Below are positions 8,556 through 17,880 of a DNA stretch of 64,000 bases, piece after piece. Location: positions 28,465 to 92,464 of the forward strand of contig JBOGLC010000118.1 in assembly GCA_050746005.1 (NCBI GenBank), read 5' to 3'. The stretch is from Terriglobales bacterium. GTDB lineage: Bacteria; Acidobacteriota; Terriglobia; Terriglobales; Acidobacteriaceae. Both the position numbers and the translations under genes were made by a program. The notes beneath the pieces are model-generated. The model was given only the letters and a program-made list of their open reading frames with translations. It was not told the origin of the DNA and made no database searches. The number at the start of each line of letters is the position of its first letter. The first letter of the stretch is position 1.

Positions 8556-9961
8556 TTCTTCAGTTTCCTTGAAGCCGGAGCGGCGTTTGCCGGAACCAGC
8601 GGAACTCCTGCCGGACGGCCGACGCTGTAGTAGGTGAAGCCGCGCGCGGCCATCGCATCCGGCTCGTAAAGGTTACGGCCGTCGATCACAATGGGATACT
8701 TCAGCTGCTTGAAGACGCGGTCCAGGTCGAGGGTGGCGAACTCTTCCCATTCGGTCAAAATCAGGAGCGCATCCGCGTCGCGGGCCGCTTCATAGGGATT
8801 ATCCACGAATTCTATGCCGGAGCTCAGCACTTCCCGGGACCGGGCGACGGCGGCCGGATCATAGGCCGCAATCTGACAGCCCTCCTGCAGTAGCGACTGG
8901 ACCAGAAGAATCGCGGGGGACTCGCGGATATCGTCGGTTCCTCCCTTGAAAGCCAGGCCCAGCACGCCCAGACGCTTGCCCCGCAGGGTCCACAACGCGG
9001 TACGCACCTTGCGCAGGAAGCGCTGGCGCTGCTCCTCGTTAATACGCATGACCTCATCGAGCAGCCGGAACTCGTATCCGCACTCCCGGGCTACGGCGCG
9101 AAATGCCAGAAGATCCTTGGGGAAGCAGGATCCGCCATAGCCGATCCCGGGATTCAGAAAGCGCGGACCGATGCGGCTGTCGGTCCCGATCCCCTGGCAA
9201 ACCTGCTGCACGTTCGCTCCTACCGACTCACAAATCGACGCGACGGCGTTGATAAATGAAATCTTCATGGCCAGGAAAGCATTGGAGGCGTGCTTGATCA
9301 GTTCCGCACTCTTGGCGCTGGTGACAATCAGCGGAGGAGGAATCTGCGCCCGGTCGGGCGCCGGAATCGCGTCCTTGCGCTGGTAGTAGCTGCCATCCGT
9401 CATGGGCGCGTAAATTTCGCGCAACACCGCGGCACAGCGCTCGCTGTCCGCCCCCACTACGATGCGGTCGGGATAAAGAAAGTCGGTGACTGCGGTGCCT
9501 TCCCGTAGAAATTCCGGGTTGGAAGCGACCTCAAAAGAATCCGGTGCGGCGGCGTTGCGTAAAATAATCTTCCGCACCCAGTCGCTGGTGTAAACCGGAA
9601 CCGTACTTTTTTCCACGACCACCTTGTAACCGTTGATGGCTCCGGAAACGCTGCGCGCCACCGATTCCACGTAGGAGAGATCCGCTTCGCCCTGTTCTGT
9701 CGGCGGAGTTCCCACCGCGATGAAAATGGCTTGGCTGGTGCGTACGGCCTGGTTCAGGTCGCCGGAAAAAGCAAGTTTCTTGCCGCGATGCCGCTTCAAC
9801 AGTTCGGGCAGGAATTTCTCGTGAATGGGGACATCGCCGGCTTTCAGCGCGGCGACTTTGGCCTGGTCATTGTCCACCAGGATCACGTCGTGGCCGAGGT
9901 CGGCGAAACACGCGCCTGCCACCAGCCCTACGTAGCCCGAACCCACTACTGCAATGTTCAT
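8552..9961 (-). CDS. ugd: UDP-glucose 6-dehydrogenase
   Basis: '[20 protein letters not shown]' and the catalytic-Cys motif '[11 protein letters not shown]'. Length is typical at 469 aa. Confidence 0.9.
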   Translation of the reverse strand: MNIAVVGSGYVGLVAGACFADLGHDVILVDNDQAKVAALKAGDVPIHEKFLPELLKRHRGKKLAFSGDLNQAVRTSQAIFIAVGTPPTEQGEADLSYVESVARSVSGAINGYKVVVEKSTVPVYTSDWVRKIILRNAAAPDSFEVASNPEFLREGTAVTDFLYPDRIVVGADSERCAAVLREIYAPMTDGSYYQRKDAIPAPDRAQIPPPLIVTSAKSAELIKHASNAFLAMKISFINAVASICESVGANVQQVCQGIGTDSRIGPRFLNPGIGYGGSCFPKDLLAFRAVARECGYEFRLLDEVMRINEEQRQRFLRKVRTALWTLRGKRLGVLGLAFKGGTDDIRESPAILLVQSLLQEGCQIAAYDPAAVARSREVLSSGIEFVDNPYEAARDADALLILTEWEEFATLDLDRVFKQLKYPIVIDGRNLYEPDAMAARGFTYYSVGRPAGVPLVPANAAPASRKLKK

Positions 9962-10120
9962 CCCTTATTCTCCGCTTACTCAGCCAGCAGCATTGTTTGA
10001 CTTACTGTAGCAGCCTTTCGGGCGCCCAAGGCGGCGCCACGTGGTGACGAAGCCAGAGGGTAATGATAAAGCCTCACGCAGTTTGTGAGGGAGTGGTCAT
10101 TGGTCACTAACGACAGTGAC

Positions 10121-10171
10121 GGAGGTCACATCTTTAGACGGCACATCAGAGGTCACATCAGAGGCCACATC
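10121..10171 (+). repeat. four copies of a 12-mer (RGASGNCACATC), three of them perfectly tandem
   Basis: ggaggtcacatc (10121), agacggcacatc (10136), agaggtcacatc (10148), agaggccacatc (10160). They lie in the ugd upstream intergenic region. Confidence 0.8.
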
Positions 10172-10232
10172 TTTAAATGTGAACTATGCAGGTGAGCATT
10201 TTGTCGCGCCGCCGCCCGGCTAGATTCCGGTG

Positions 10233-11468
10233 TTATGAAAAACTCTTTCCTTTTCGCTCTGAGCCCAGCGCGATGACGGTCATTAAGATCGCGATGTTCG
10301 CGATCTCGAATGCGGACAGAGCCCAGGGATATCCCAGCGGCTTGCGTAAAGCGTAGACGACATTGTTGACGGGGGCGGCAATGAGGATTCCCATCTGGTA
10401 GGCGAAGCCGGGCATAAGGCCGCGGACCGCGTCAGGAGAGAGTTCATTGAGATGCGCGGGGATGATGCCCCATGCGCCCTGGACGCCCGCCTGCATCACG
10501 AAAGCGCCGACCGCCAGAGTCATCAGCGATCCGCCGAAAGTCCAGGCCGGAATCATGGCCAGGCACAAAAGCAGGGCCAGAATCATGCTGCGGCGGCGGC
10601 CAAAACTTTCCGAGAGATGTCCGAACAGAATGGCGCCCAGCACGGCTCCCACATTGAACAGAATTACCAGGTACGCGACAGCTTTCGAATCCAGGCCGCG
10701 GGCCGACTTCAGGAAATCGGGATAAAGGTCCTGAGTGCCGTGGGAGAGAAACATCATCAGCGTCATCAACAGGACAAGATAAAGAAAAATTCTCCAGTGA
10801 CCGCTGGCGGTGCGCAGGATCTTGCCCACAGTCGGGGCGCGGTGCCGTTTCCAGGCCTCTGACTCACGCACCCGGAAGCGGATGTAGAAGGCCAGCAGCG
10901 CTGGCGCGCCGCCTGCCCAGAACATGGCGCGCCATCCCCAGGCGGGGAGAATGAAGCGCGCCGCTACAGCCGCCAGCAGATAACCGATGGAATATCCGCT
11001 TTGCACGATTCCGGAGAGGATGCCGCGCCACCGGGGCGGAGCGCTCTCCATGGCGAGTGACGCTCCGACGCCCCACTCGCCGCCCATCCCGATGCCATAG
11101 ATCGTGCGCAGGATCAGAAATACGGTGTAATTGGGGGCGAATCCGCAGAGCAACTCGACCACAGAAAAGAAAATCACGTTGGCCATCAGGGGCTTGCGGC
11201 GTCCGTAACGGTCGGCGAGCAAACCGAACAGGACTGCGCCCAGCGGACGCATGGCCAGAGTCGCGGTCATGGTCCACACGATGGCGCCTTTGGTGACGTG
11301 GAAGTGAAGGGCCAGCGTGTCTACGAGAAAGACGACAACGAAGAAGTCGAAGGCATCCAGGGTCCAGCCCAGGAAACTGGCGGAGACGGCATGCCACTGG
11401 TCAGAGCGCGATAGGGGCGACGCGGATGCTGAATTTGAACCCGGAGCGGTCAGCCTCTTGATCCCCAC
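10233..11468 (-). CDS. MFS transporter (metabolite/sialate:H+ symporter-like)
   Basis: 12-TM pattern. 'FLGWTLDAFDFFVVVFL' and 'LADRYGRRKPLM' (MFS loop 2-3 motif). GTG start at 11468. Confidence 0.8.
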   Translation of the reverse strand: MGIKRLTAPGSNSASASPLSRSDQWHAVSASFLGWTLDAFDFFVVVFLVDTLALHFHVTKGAIVWTMTATLAMRPLGAVLFGLLADRYGRRKPLMANVIFFSVVELLCGFAPNYTVFLILRTIYGIGMGGEWGVGASLAMESAPPRWRGILSGIVQSGYSIGYLLAAVAARFILPAWGWRAMFWAGGAPALLAFYIRFRVRESEAWKRHRAPTVGKILRTASGHWRIFLYLVLLMTLMMFLSHGTQDLYPDFLKSARGLDSKAVAYLVILFNVGAVLGAILFGHLSESFGRRRSMILALLLCLAMIPAWTFGGSLMTLAVGAFVMQAGVQGAWGIIPAHLNELSPDAVRGLMPGFAYQMGILIAAPVNNVVYALRKPLGYPWALSAFEIANIAILMTVIALGSERKGKSFS

Positions 11469-11582
11469 CTTCTTGGAAGATTTCCAGCCGGGGAAGTGTA
11501 CACCGCAGATCGGGCCTGGAAATCAAGGGGCCGGAGGATGCGGCAATGGGGAGCTCAACAAACCGCTTGACAAGATATCTAG

Positions 11583-11602
11583 TGTTATAGTTAAGTATAA
11601 CA
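11583..11602. promoter_or_regulatory. candidate GntR-type operator: TGTTATA-N6-TATAACA inverted repeat
   Basis: Perfect 7-bp inverted repeat in an AT-rich island about 110 nt upstream of the 11713 gene, which leads into the GntR/ABC genes. A TTGACA lies at 11567-11572. Confidence 0.35.
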
Positions 11603-11712
11603 GTATTCAGCACGGGGCTTGACCTGTCGGAATTCGAAACAGAGACGCCAGAGAATCATCCCTGGCTTTGAGAACACACAAGTAGAGACGAAGTCTCCAA
11701 GGAGAAGGAAAC

Positions 11713-12252
11713 ATGAAATCCCATGGTTTAATACTGTCGGTGGTTCTGCTGTCGCTCTCCACCATCGCTTTTGCCCAATCCGAGGCGCAAAAATCTTTCG
11801 CCGAGCTGAAAACCTTAGCGGGTTCCTGGCAAGGCCCCGTGACCACCGATCCGCCGCAGCCCGAAATGGGGAACGGGACGATCACCCAGGTCATGCTGCA
11901 TGTGACCTCCCGGGGAAACGCGTTGGAGCATGAGATGAAGGGAGCAGGAAAGCCGGACGACCCGATGCGTTACGACCATCCCCTTACCATGTTTTACCTG
12001 GATGGCGATCGGCTGCTGCTGACCCATTATTGCGATGCCGGAAACCGGCCACGCATGGCGGGAAAGATGTCGCCCGACGGCAAGTCGGTAGAATTCGCTT
12101 TTCTCGACGTCGCCGGGAGTACGCAGTACGGACACATGCAGCACGCGGTGTTCACCATGGTTGACGCCAACCACCACATCGAGGACTGGACGTATATGAT
12201 GCCGGGGGACAAGCCGGTCCACGCGCGCATGGACCTGAAACGGACGAACTGA
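11713..12252 (+). CDS. secreted hypothetical protein (DUF1579-like by eye)
   Basis: Signal peptide 'MKSHGLILSVVLLSLSTIAFAQ', AAGGAG RBS, and the 'LAGSWQGPV' motif. The family assignment is tentative. Confidence 0.6.
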   Translation: MKSHGLILSVVLLSLSTIAFAQSEAQKSFAELKTLAGSWQGPVTTDPPQPEMGNGTITQVMLHVTSRGNALEHEMKGAGKPDDPMRYDHPLTMFYLDGDRLLLTHYCDAGNRPRMAGKMSPDGKSVEFAFLDVAGSTQYGHMQHAVFTMVDANHHIEDWTYMMPGDKPVHARMDLKRTN

Positions 12253-12291
12253 CGGGAGATATTTCCCGCAAGGGTTATCTGGAAAAACAGG

Positions 12292-12726
12292 ATGGACCGT
12301 GAGTGGAATGACAGTCAGCCGATTTACCACCAGCTGCGCGATCGCGTGGTCGCGATGATTCTCGACGGTGTGCTCAAGGACGGCGATCCGCTGCCCTCGG
12401 TCCGCAACGTCGCGGCCGAGTATCGGGTCAATCCGCTCACGGTTCTGAAGGGATATCAGCAACTGGTGGACGAAGGGCTGGTCGAGAGCCGACGCGGACT
12501 CGGCATGTTCATCAATGCCGGCGCGCGGGGCTTGCTGTTGCAAGGCGAACGGCAGAAATTTCTAGGCGAAGAATGGCCCCGGATCTATGCCAGGATTCAG
12601 CGGCTCGGCCTGAATGCTGAAGAACTCCTGGACGGTTCAAACCGCGGGTCGCCGGCGGACGCGGCACGGTCGAAGGCCTCCAGGTCGAAACCACACGAAC
12701 CAGATCGCAACAAGGAGGAGCTCTGA
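12292..12726 (+). CDS. GntR-family transcriptional regulator, YtrA-like short subfamily
   Basis: wHTH 'LPSVRNVAAEYRVNPLTVLKGYQQLVDEGLVESRRGLGMFI' with a short C-terminal tail, followed immediately by an ABC ATPase as in ytrA-type operons. Confidence 0.85.
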   Translation: MDREWNDSQPIYHQLRDRVVAMILDGVLKDGDPLPSVRNVAAEYRVNPLTVLKGYQQLVDEGLVESRRGLGMFINAGARGLLLQGERQKFLGEEWPRIYARIQRLGLNAEELLDGSNRGSPADAARSKASRSKPHEPDRNKEEL

Positions 12727-12730
12727 CGCC

Positions 12731-13618
12731 ATGGCATGCATAGAAGCTCGCGGCTTGCGCAAGGCCTTCGGCACGACGGTCGCGCTGGACGGCATCAACT
12801 TGCGGGTTGAAGAAGGCCGCATCCTCGGGCTCATCGGCCCCAACGGCGCGGGCAAGACCACTGCGCTCAACGCCATTCTCGGCCTCACTCCATATCAGGG
12901 AGAGCTGAAGGTGCTGGGGCGCGACCCCTGGACCGCGCGCGACCAACTCATGCGGGACGTCTGCTTCATTGCCGACGTCGCCGTCCTGCCTCGCTGGATG
13001 AAAGTTTCGCAGGCACTCGACTACGTCGCCGGGGTGCATGAGCGATTCGATCGGAGGAAGGCGGAAGGCTTTCTGGCGAAGACCACGATCGGACGCGCCC
13101 GCAAGGTCAGGGAATTGTCGAAGGGCATGGTAGCCCAGCTTCATCTTGCGCTGGTCATGGCGATTGACGCGCGATTGCTGGTGCTGGATGAACCTACGCT
13201 TGGACTCGACATCCTGTATCGCAAGCAGTTCTACGATTCTCTGCTGAACGACTACTACGATCGCAGCCGCACCATTATCGTGACCACGCATCAGGTGGAG
13301 GAGATCGAGCACGTAATCACCGACCTGATGTTCATCAACCGCGGCCGTATCGTGTTCGATTGCAGCATGGAGGAGTTGGAGTCCCGCTATATGGAGGTGA
13401 CGGTGCATCCCGAGCAGGTGGTCGCGGCACGGGCGCTCAAGCCAATTCACGAGCGCCAGTCTCTCGGCCGCAGCATCCTGCTATTCGATCGCATCGAGCG
13501 ACAGCAACTGGCCGGGCTGGGCGAAGTGCGCACTCCCAGCATCGCCGACTTGTTCGTTGCGGTGATCGATAATCAGGCCGGACCGGCACCGCGTAACCAT
13601 CAAGGAGCTGCCAGGTGA
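12731..13618 (+). CDS. ABC transporter ATP-binding protein
   Basis: Walker A 'GPNGAGKTT', signature 'LSKGMVAQL', Walker B 'LLVLDEPT'. Trimmed to ATG 12731, 5 nt after the GntR stop. Confidence 0.9.
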   Translation: MACIEARGLRKAFGTTVALDGINLRVEEGRILGLIGPNGAGKTTALNAILGLTPYQGELKVLGRDPWTARDQLMRDVCFIADVAVLPRWMKVSQALDYVAGVHERFDRRKAEGFLAKTTIGRARKVRELSKGMVAQLHLALVMAIDARLLVLDEPTLGLDILYRKQFYDSLLNDYYDRSRTIIVTTHQVEEIEHVITDLMFINRGRIVFDCSMEELESRYMEVTVHPEQVVAARALKPIHERQSLGRSILLFDRIERQQLAGLGEVRTPSIADLFVAVIDNQAGPAPRNHQGAAR

Positions 13619-14565
13619 ATACTCCGTCCAACACCATGCCCGAGTCTTCCCGCAACTCGCGTATAGACGATTCCCCGGTAATCGCACCGGCGGTCGCCGT
13701 GACGCCACAACCCCTGTATTGGTCGCTGCGGCGCGAACTGTGGGAAAACCGTTCGATCTATATTGCCCCGCTGGCAGTCGCCGCCATGTTTCTGTTTGGC
13801 TTCATGATCGGCGCGCTTCGTCTGGCGGGCAAGGTGCGAGGCGCGTCGGCGCTCGATCCGATGCAACTGCGCGAGTGGATTGAGCAGCCGTACAACTTCG
13901 CCGCTCTTCTGATCATGGGGACCACTATTGTTGTCGCGGTGTTCTACTGCCTCGATGCGCTGCACGGCGAACGGCGCGATCGCAGCATCCTGTTCTGGAA
14001 GTCACTGCCGGTTTCCGATCTCACCACCGTGCTCTCGAAGGCCGCCATTCCGATTGTGGTTCTTCCGCTGCTTACCTTCGCGATCACCATTGCCACCCAG
14101 TGGATCATGCTGCTGGTGAATACGGCAGTGTTTCTGGGGAGCGGTCTGAGTGTCGCGCCCCTGTGGAGACAGTTCCCATTGTTCCCGATGTGGCTGATGC
14201 TGCTCTTCCACCTTGTGGCCATTCACGGGCTTTACTATGCGCCCTTCTATGGCTGGCTGATTCTGGTCTCAGGCTGGGCGCGGCGCGCGGCATTTCTATG
14301 GGCCAGCCTACCTCTCCTCGCGATCGGCGTGGTCGAAAAGATTGCCTTCAACACTTCCCATTTCGCCACCCTGCTGGAATCTCGTTTGGGGGGCGGCGCG
14401 AACGCCGTGGCCTCCACAGCGCCGGGCATCAGCCTCATGCATCCGCTGACGTTAATCACGCTCGGCGAATTTCTGACCAGCCCGGGTTTGTGGATCGGCC
14501 TGGCAATCGCAGCGGCCTTCCTCGCCCTGGCGGTACGGTTGCGCCGGTATCGCGGGCCGATCTAG
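13615..14565 (+). CDS. ABC-2-type transporter permease (multi-TM)
   Basis: At least 6 hydrophobic helices. Its GTG start overlaps the ATPase stop (GTGA). Confidence 0.7.
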   Translation: MNTPSNTMPESSRNSRIDDSPVIAPAVAVTPQPLYWSLRRELWENRSIYIAPLAVAAMFLFGFMIGALRLAGKVRGASALDPMQLREWIEQPYNFAALLIMGTTIVVAVFYCLDALHGERRDRSILFWKSLPVSDLTTVLSKAAIPIVVLPLLTFAITIATQWIMLLVNTAVFLGSGLSVAPLWRQFPLFPMWLMLLFHLVAIHGLYYAPFYGWLILVSGWARRAAFLWASLPLLAIGVVEKIAFNTSHFATLLESRLGGGANAVASTAPGISLMHPLTLITLGEFLTSPGLWIGLAIAAAFLALAVRLRRYRGPI

Positions 14566-14838
14566 GACCAATCGTTTCTGATTCCGGAAGTGGCCCCTCA
14601 AAACAGAACGATCTCAGGCAGCAGCTCGCTCAGATTTCACCCGCCAGGCGAGGAAATAAGTACAATCGGAAGGGAAGGAATGCTGATTCCGGGTTCTTTA
14701 TCTCCTGTTCGACGCCTTGATAAAGTTATTGTTTTGAGTTGATTACCTCGGGCCATTTGTGTTGACAAGACGTTTGTTTCAGGCGAAACTCCGCTCAATT
14801 GCCGCCGGCGGTCAGTCGGTACAGCCCGGATTATTGGC

Positions 14839-16305
14839 ATGGCTCGAAACATGCTAAAGCCTGATTCAACGCGTGATCCCGATCGCGACCAAATCCGCAT
14901 CAGCGGTCCGGAGTGGATCGAGCCCAACTCCGAGGAGCCTGAGGCGGGGCCGAGCAATGTTCTGCCCTTCAAGGCCAAGAGAGATTTGCCCGCCGACTTT
15001 GCCCTGGATTCGCAGCTGCATGAGATTCTGGAACAGACCAGGGTGACCGCCGCTTCGAGCGGAGCCGTGATCGCACTGGCTCGAGGCAACAAAATGGTGT
15101 GCCGCGCCACCCTGGGCGACAAGGCTCCGGTGGCAGGGGCTTACCTCAACACTCGATCCGGCCTGTCGGGCGCATGCGTTCAGACCCGGGAGATGCAACT
15201 CTGCGACGATACGCTCGTCGATCCCCGCGTCGACACGGCCGCGTGCCGTGATCTTGGAATTCGGTCGATTGTGGTGCAACCGGTGCTGGATGATGGAGAA
15301 TTGTGGGGGATGCTCGAGGTGTTCTCCCTGGTGCCGCGTGCTTTTTCCGACTCGGACCTGCAGGCGCTGCAATCCCTCAGTCGCAAAATCTCGCAGATGG
15401 TGAATGATGCCATGGAAGGCGAGTCGACCACATTGGCGCCAGAATCGGTTCCACCGCCGCAGCTTCCTGAACCTGTGGAAGCGGAATTCGCCAACCTGGA
15501 GCTTTCGTTTGAGGCGGGAGAACGGGAAGGCGCAATTGCGGGCCGGGACTTCCGAACCGGCGCTCTGACTGCGGCTGTACTGGCTTTGGCCGTGCTCCTG
15601 GGCTGGATGGTGGGTCGGGTAGGTTGGAGCATGGCCGTCAACCGGGCGCCGGTACAGATTCCTGTAACTCCGGATGAGACGCAAGCCCGTGCGCCGGTGG
15701 TGCCCGACGCTCGGCCGGCTCAGAGCCCGACCGAGGAACCATCTGTTCCCGCCAAGCCAGTCGATTCCCAAGCCCGGGCGCCGGCCGCGACCAAGCCAGT
15801 TTCAAAACCGAAGGTCGAAAAGGCTGTGCCGCCCGCCAATCCGCCCGCCACGCCGCCCGAGGTCGATGGCGGTCTGGTGGTGTACGAACATGGCAAGGTG
15901 GTTTTTCGGATGCCGCCTGCGGCAAGTCAAACCCCGGCTTCCACCGAACCCGGCGTCATCGAATTTGGGGCGATTCAAAAAGCGGCGACGCGGGAAGAAG
16001 ATGATCCGTCGGCGGCGCCCGCGGCTGCTTCTGCTCAATCCACGGGGAGCTATCTTCTGGAGAGGGTCGAGCCGGAGTATCCAGAGGCCGCCAGGCAACA
16101 GCGCATACAGGGTCCGGTCGTGATGAATGTTTTGGTTGGAACCGACGGATCGGTGCGAAAACTCACGGTGATCAGCGGCGATCCTCAGCTGGTCAACGCG
16201 GCCGCCGACGCGGTGCGGCAATGGCGTTTCAAACCTCACCAGCTCAAAGGCAAAGTGGTTGAATTCGAGACCCGGATTACGGTGAACTTCGCGCTCGCGG
16301 AATAG
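14839..16305 (+). CDS. GAF domain - single TM - Pro-rich linker - TonB C-terminal domain fusion protein
   Basis: GAF-like block 'SGAVIALARGNKMVCRATLG...GIRSIVVQPVLDDGELWGMLEVFS', TM 'ALTAAVLALAVLLGWMVG', a P/A/K-rich spacer, and TonB_C 'YPEAARQQRIQGPVVMNVLVGTDGSVRKLTVISGDPQLVNAAADAVRQWRFKP'. Confidence 0.8.
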   Translation: MARNMLKPDSTRDPDRDQIRISGPEWIEPNSEEPEAGPSNVLPFKAKRDLPADFALDSQLHEILEQTRVTAASSGAVIALARGNKMVCRATLGDKAPVAGAYLNTRSGLSGACVQTREMQLCDDTLVDPRVDTAACRDLGIRSIVVQPVLDDGELWGMLEVFSLVPRAFSDSDLQALQSLSRKISQMVNDAMEGESTTLAPESVPPPQLPEPVEAEFANLELSFEAGEREGAIAGRDFRTGALTAAVLALAVLLGWMVGRVGWSMAVNRAPVQIPVTPDETQARAPVVPDARPAQSPTEEPSVPAKPVDSQARAPAATKPVSKPKVEKAVPPANPPATPPEVDGGLVVYEHGKVVFRMPPAASQTPASTEPGVIEFGAIQKAATREEDDPSAAPAAASAQSTGSYLLERVEPEYPEAARQQRIQGPVVMNVLVGTDGSVRKLTVISGDPQLVNAAADAVRQWRFKPHQLKGKVVEFETRITVNFALAE

Positions 16306-16407
16306 GCGTTAGTCGTCATTCATTATTCATGCGTATCAGTCACACCTTGCGCCGCGGCAGACATATTCACTAAGCGCCGGAGCGACGAGCCGCGGCCAAT
16401 ATCTGAA

Positions 16408-17232
16408 TTATCCGTAAGCTAATTCCTTCGCCCGCTGCGCTGCTTTCACCACAGCTTTAATCAAGGTCACGCGCAGTTTACCCTCCTCCAGTTCCATAAT
16501 GCCGTCGATGGTACAGCCCGCTGGCGTGGTCACCGCATCTTTCAGCAAGGCCGGGTGGTCTCCGGTTTCGAGCACGACGGTGGCAGCTCCCAGGGTGGTC
16601 TGGGCGGCGAGCAGGGTGGCTACATCGCGAGGCAGGCCGACCTTCACGCCAGCCTCCGCCAGCGATTCCAGAATGATGTAGATGTAAGCGGGGCCGCTGG
16701 CTGAGAGGCCGGTGACGGCGTCCATGTGCTTCTCGTCCACCACTACGGTTTTTCCCACCACGTTGAACAGGGCGCACGCGGCCTCCACGTGATGGGCATC
16801 GGCAAATTTGCCTTTGCACAGGGCGGTCATGCCGCAACCGATCGCGCAGGGTGTGTTGGGCATGGCTCGAATCACGGCCACATCGCTGCCCAGTGCTTTT
16901 TCGATGTGGCTGGTAGGCACCGAAGCCGCCACCGAAATGATGAGCTGCTGGGGGGTAACGTGGGGGCGAATCTGCTCTATTACGTCCTGCACCACTTGCG
17001 GCTTCACACACACCAAGACGATGTCGGCATTGCGGACTGCCGCCAGGTTATCGGTACTGACCGACACGCCCAGCTTCTTCGCCAGAGCACGCGCCCGGTC
17101 TTCATGCTGGACCGTGGCAAAGGTCGCCTTGGGAGAGAGCAGACCTTTTTCCAGCAACGCCTTCAGCAGGATTCCGCCCATCTTGCCCGCGCCCAGCACT
17201 GCCACTCGTTTTCCTGCAAGATCAAAACTCAT
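16408..17232 (-). CDS. proC: pyrroline-5-carboxylate reductase
   Basis: 'VAVLGAGKMGGILLKAL' NADP motif, and the C-terminal 'VTTPAGCTIDGIMELEEG' typical of ProC. Trimmed to ATG 17232; the upstream extension runs into REP sequence. Confidence 0.9.
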   Translation of the reverse strand: MSFDLAGKRVAVLGAGKMGGILLKALLEKGLLSPKATFATVQHEDRARALAKKLGVSVSTDNLAAVRNADIVLVCVKPQVVQDVIEQIRPHVTPQQLIISVAASVPTSHIEKALGSDVAVIRAMPNTPCAIGCGMTALCKGKFADAHHVEAACALFNVVGKTVVVDEKHMDAVTGLSASGPAYIYIILESLAEAGVKVGLPRDVATLLAAQTTLGAATVVLETGDHPALLKDAVTTPAGCTIDGIMELEEGKLRVTLIKAVVKAAQRAKELAYG

Positions 17233-17458
17233 TGCTTCGCGCCCTCCGTGTGGTTGGTGTCGGCAATTGTACCGTTTTGCGGGCTGGGGGCGAGGATGCC
17301 TGATCGTTTGTGTCGTATGGAACGGAGTGGACTGCTTCGCGAGGCGAAGCAGCCGGCAGTCGATGGACCCCTGGCAGCAGCTCCATGAAATCCAATTCAT
17401 TCACGGGGCGTTCCGGTCATTTCCCCTTTCAATTTCCGCAGCGCGGCGGTGATGCTTG

Positions 17459-17522
17459 CAGGGGTCCTTCGACTGCGTAGCGTCTTCCGCCAGCGAAGAC
17501 GCTACTTCGCTCAGGATGACAG
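17459..17522 (-). repeat. REP-like element, family A
   Basis: CAGGGGTCCTTCGAC...GCTCAGGATGACAG with the internal stem GTAGCGTCTTC/GAAGACGCTAC. Near-identical to the copy at 17758. Confidence 0.85.
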
Positions 17523-17610
17523 CGGTAGAAGTCGTTGCGGAGGCATCACAGCAGGCGCTGCAAGGCAGCCCTGTTTTCGGCGCTGCAGTGAAACAAACGT
17601 ACAACTCCGT

Positions 17611-17674
17611 GTCATCCTGAGCGCAGTCGTACATTTCGCTTGCGAAATGCACGACGGAGTCGAAGGACCCCTAT
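17611..17674 (+). repeat. REP-like element, family A
   Basis: GTCATCCTGAGCGCAGTCGTACATTTCGC/GCGAAATGCACGAC...GTCGAAGGACCCCTAT. Confidence 0.85.
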
Positions 17675-17757
17675 CGTAACCTCGACTGCCGGCAACTGGT
17701 GTTTTAGCCGTTTGCAGCGTAAGAAAAACCCCATTCGCCGCGGGAGCGCAGCGAAGG

Positions 17758-17820
17758 TAGGGGTCCTTCGACTGCGTAGCGTCTTCGCCAGCGAAGACGC
17801 TACTGCGCTCAGGATGACAG
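17758..17820 (-). repeat. REP-like element, family A
   Basis: TAGGGGTCCTTCGACTGCGTAGCGTCTTCGCCAGCGAAGACGCTACTGCGCTCAGGATGACAG. Confidence 0.85.
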
Positions 17821-17880
17821 CTTGGGGCTCAGGATGACGGCTTGGGGGGCTCAGGATGACAGCTTGGTGGGGCTTCAGGA
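17808..17880. repeat. tandem ~21-22-nt repeats (GCTCAGGATGACRGCTTGGGG) x3 plus a partial copy
   Basis: Three head-to-tail copies of the REP terminus. The last partial copy overlaps the lhgO stop codon (17875-17877). Confidence 0.8.

Noticed and set aside
11567-11601. Sigma70-like promoter (TTGACA at 11567 with TATAGT, TTAAGT or TATAAC as -10 candidates).
   Set aside because: The spacings are 13, 18 and 23 nt respectively, none with a convincing hexamer at 17 nt. The promoter is kept only as context for the operator candidate.
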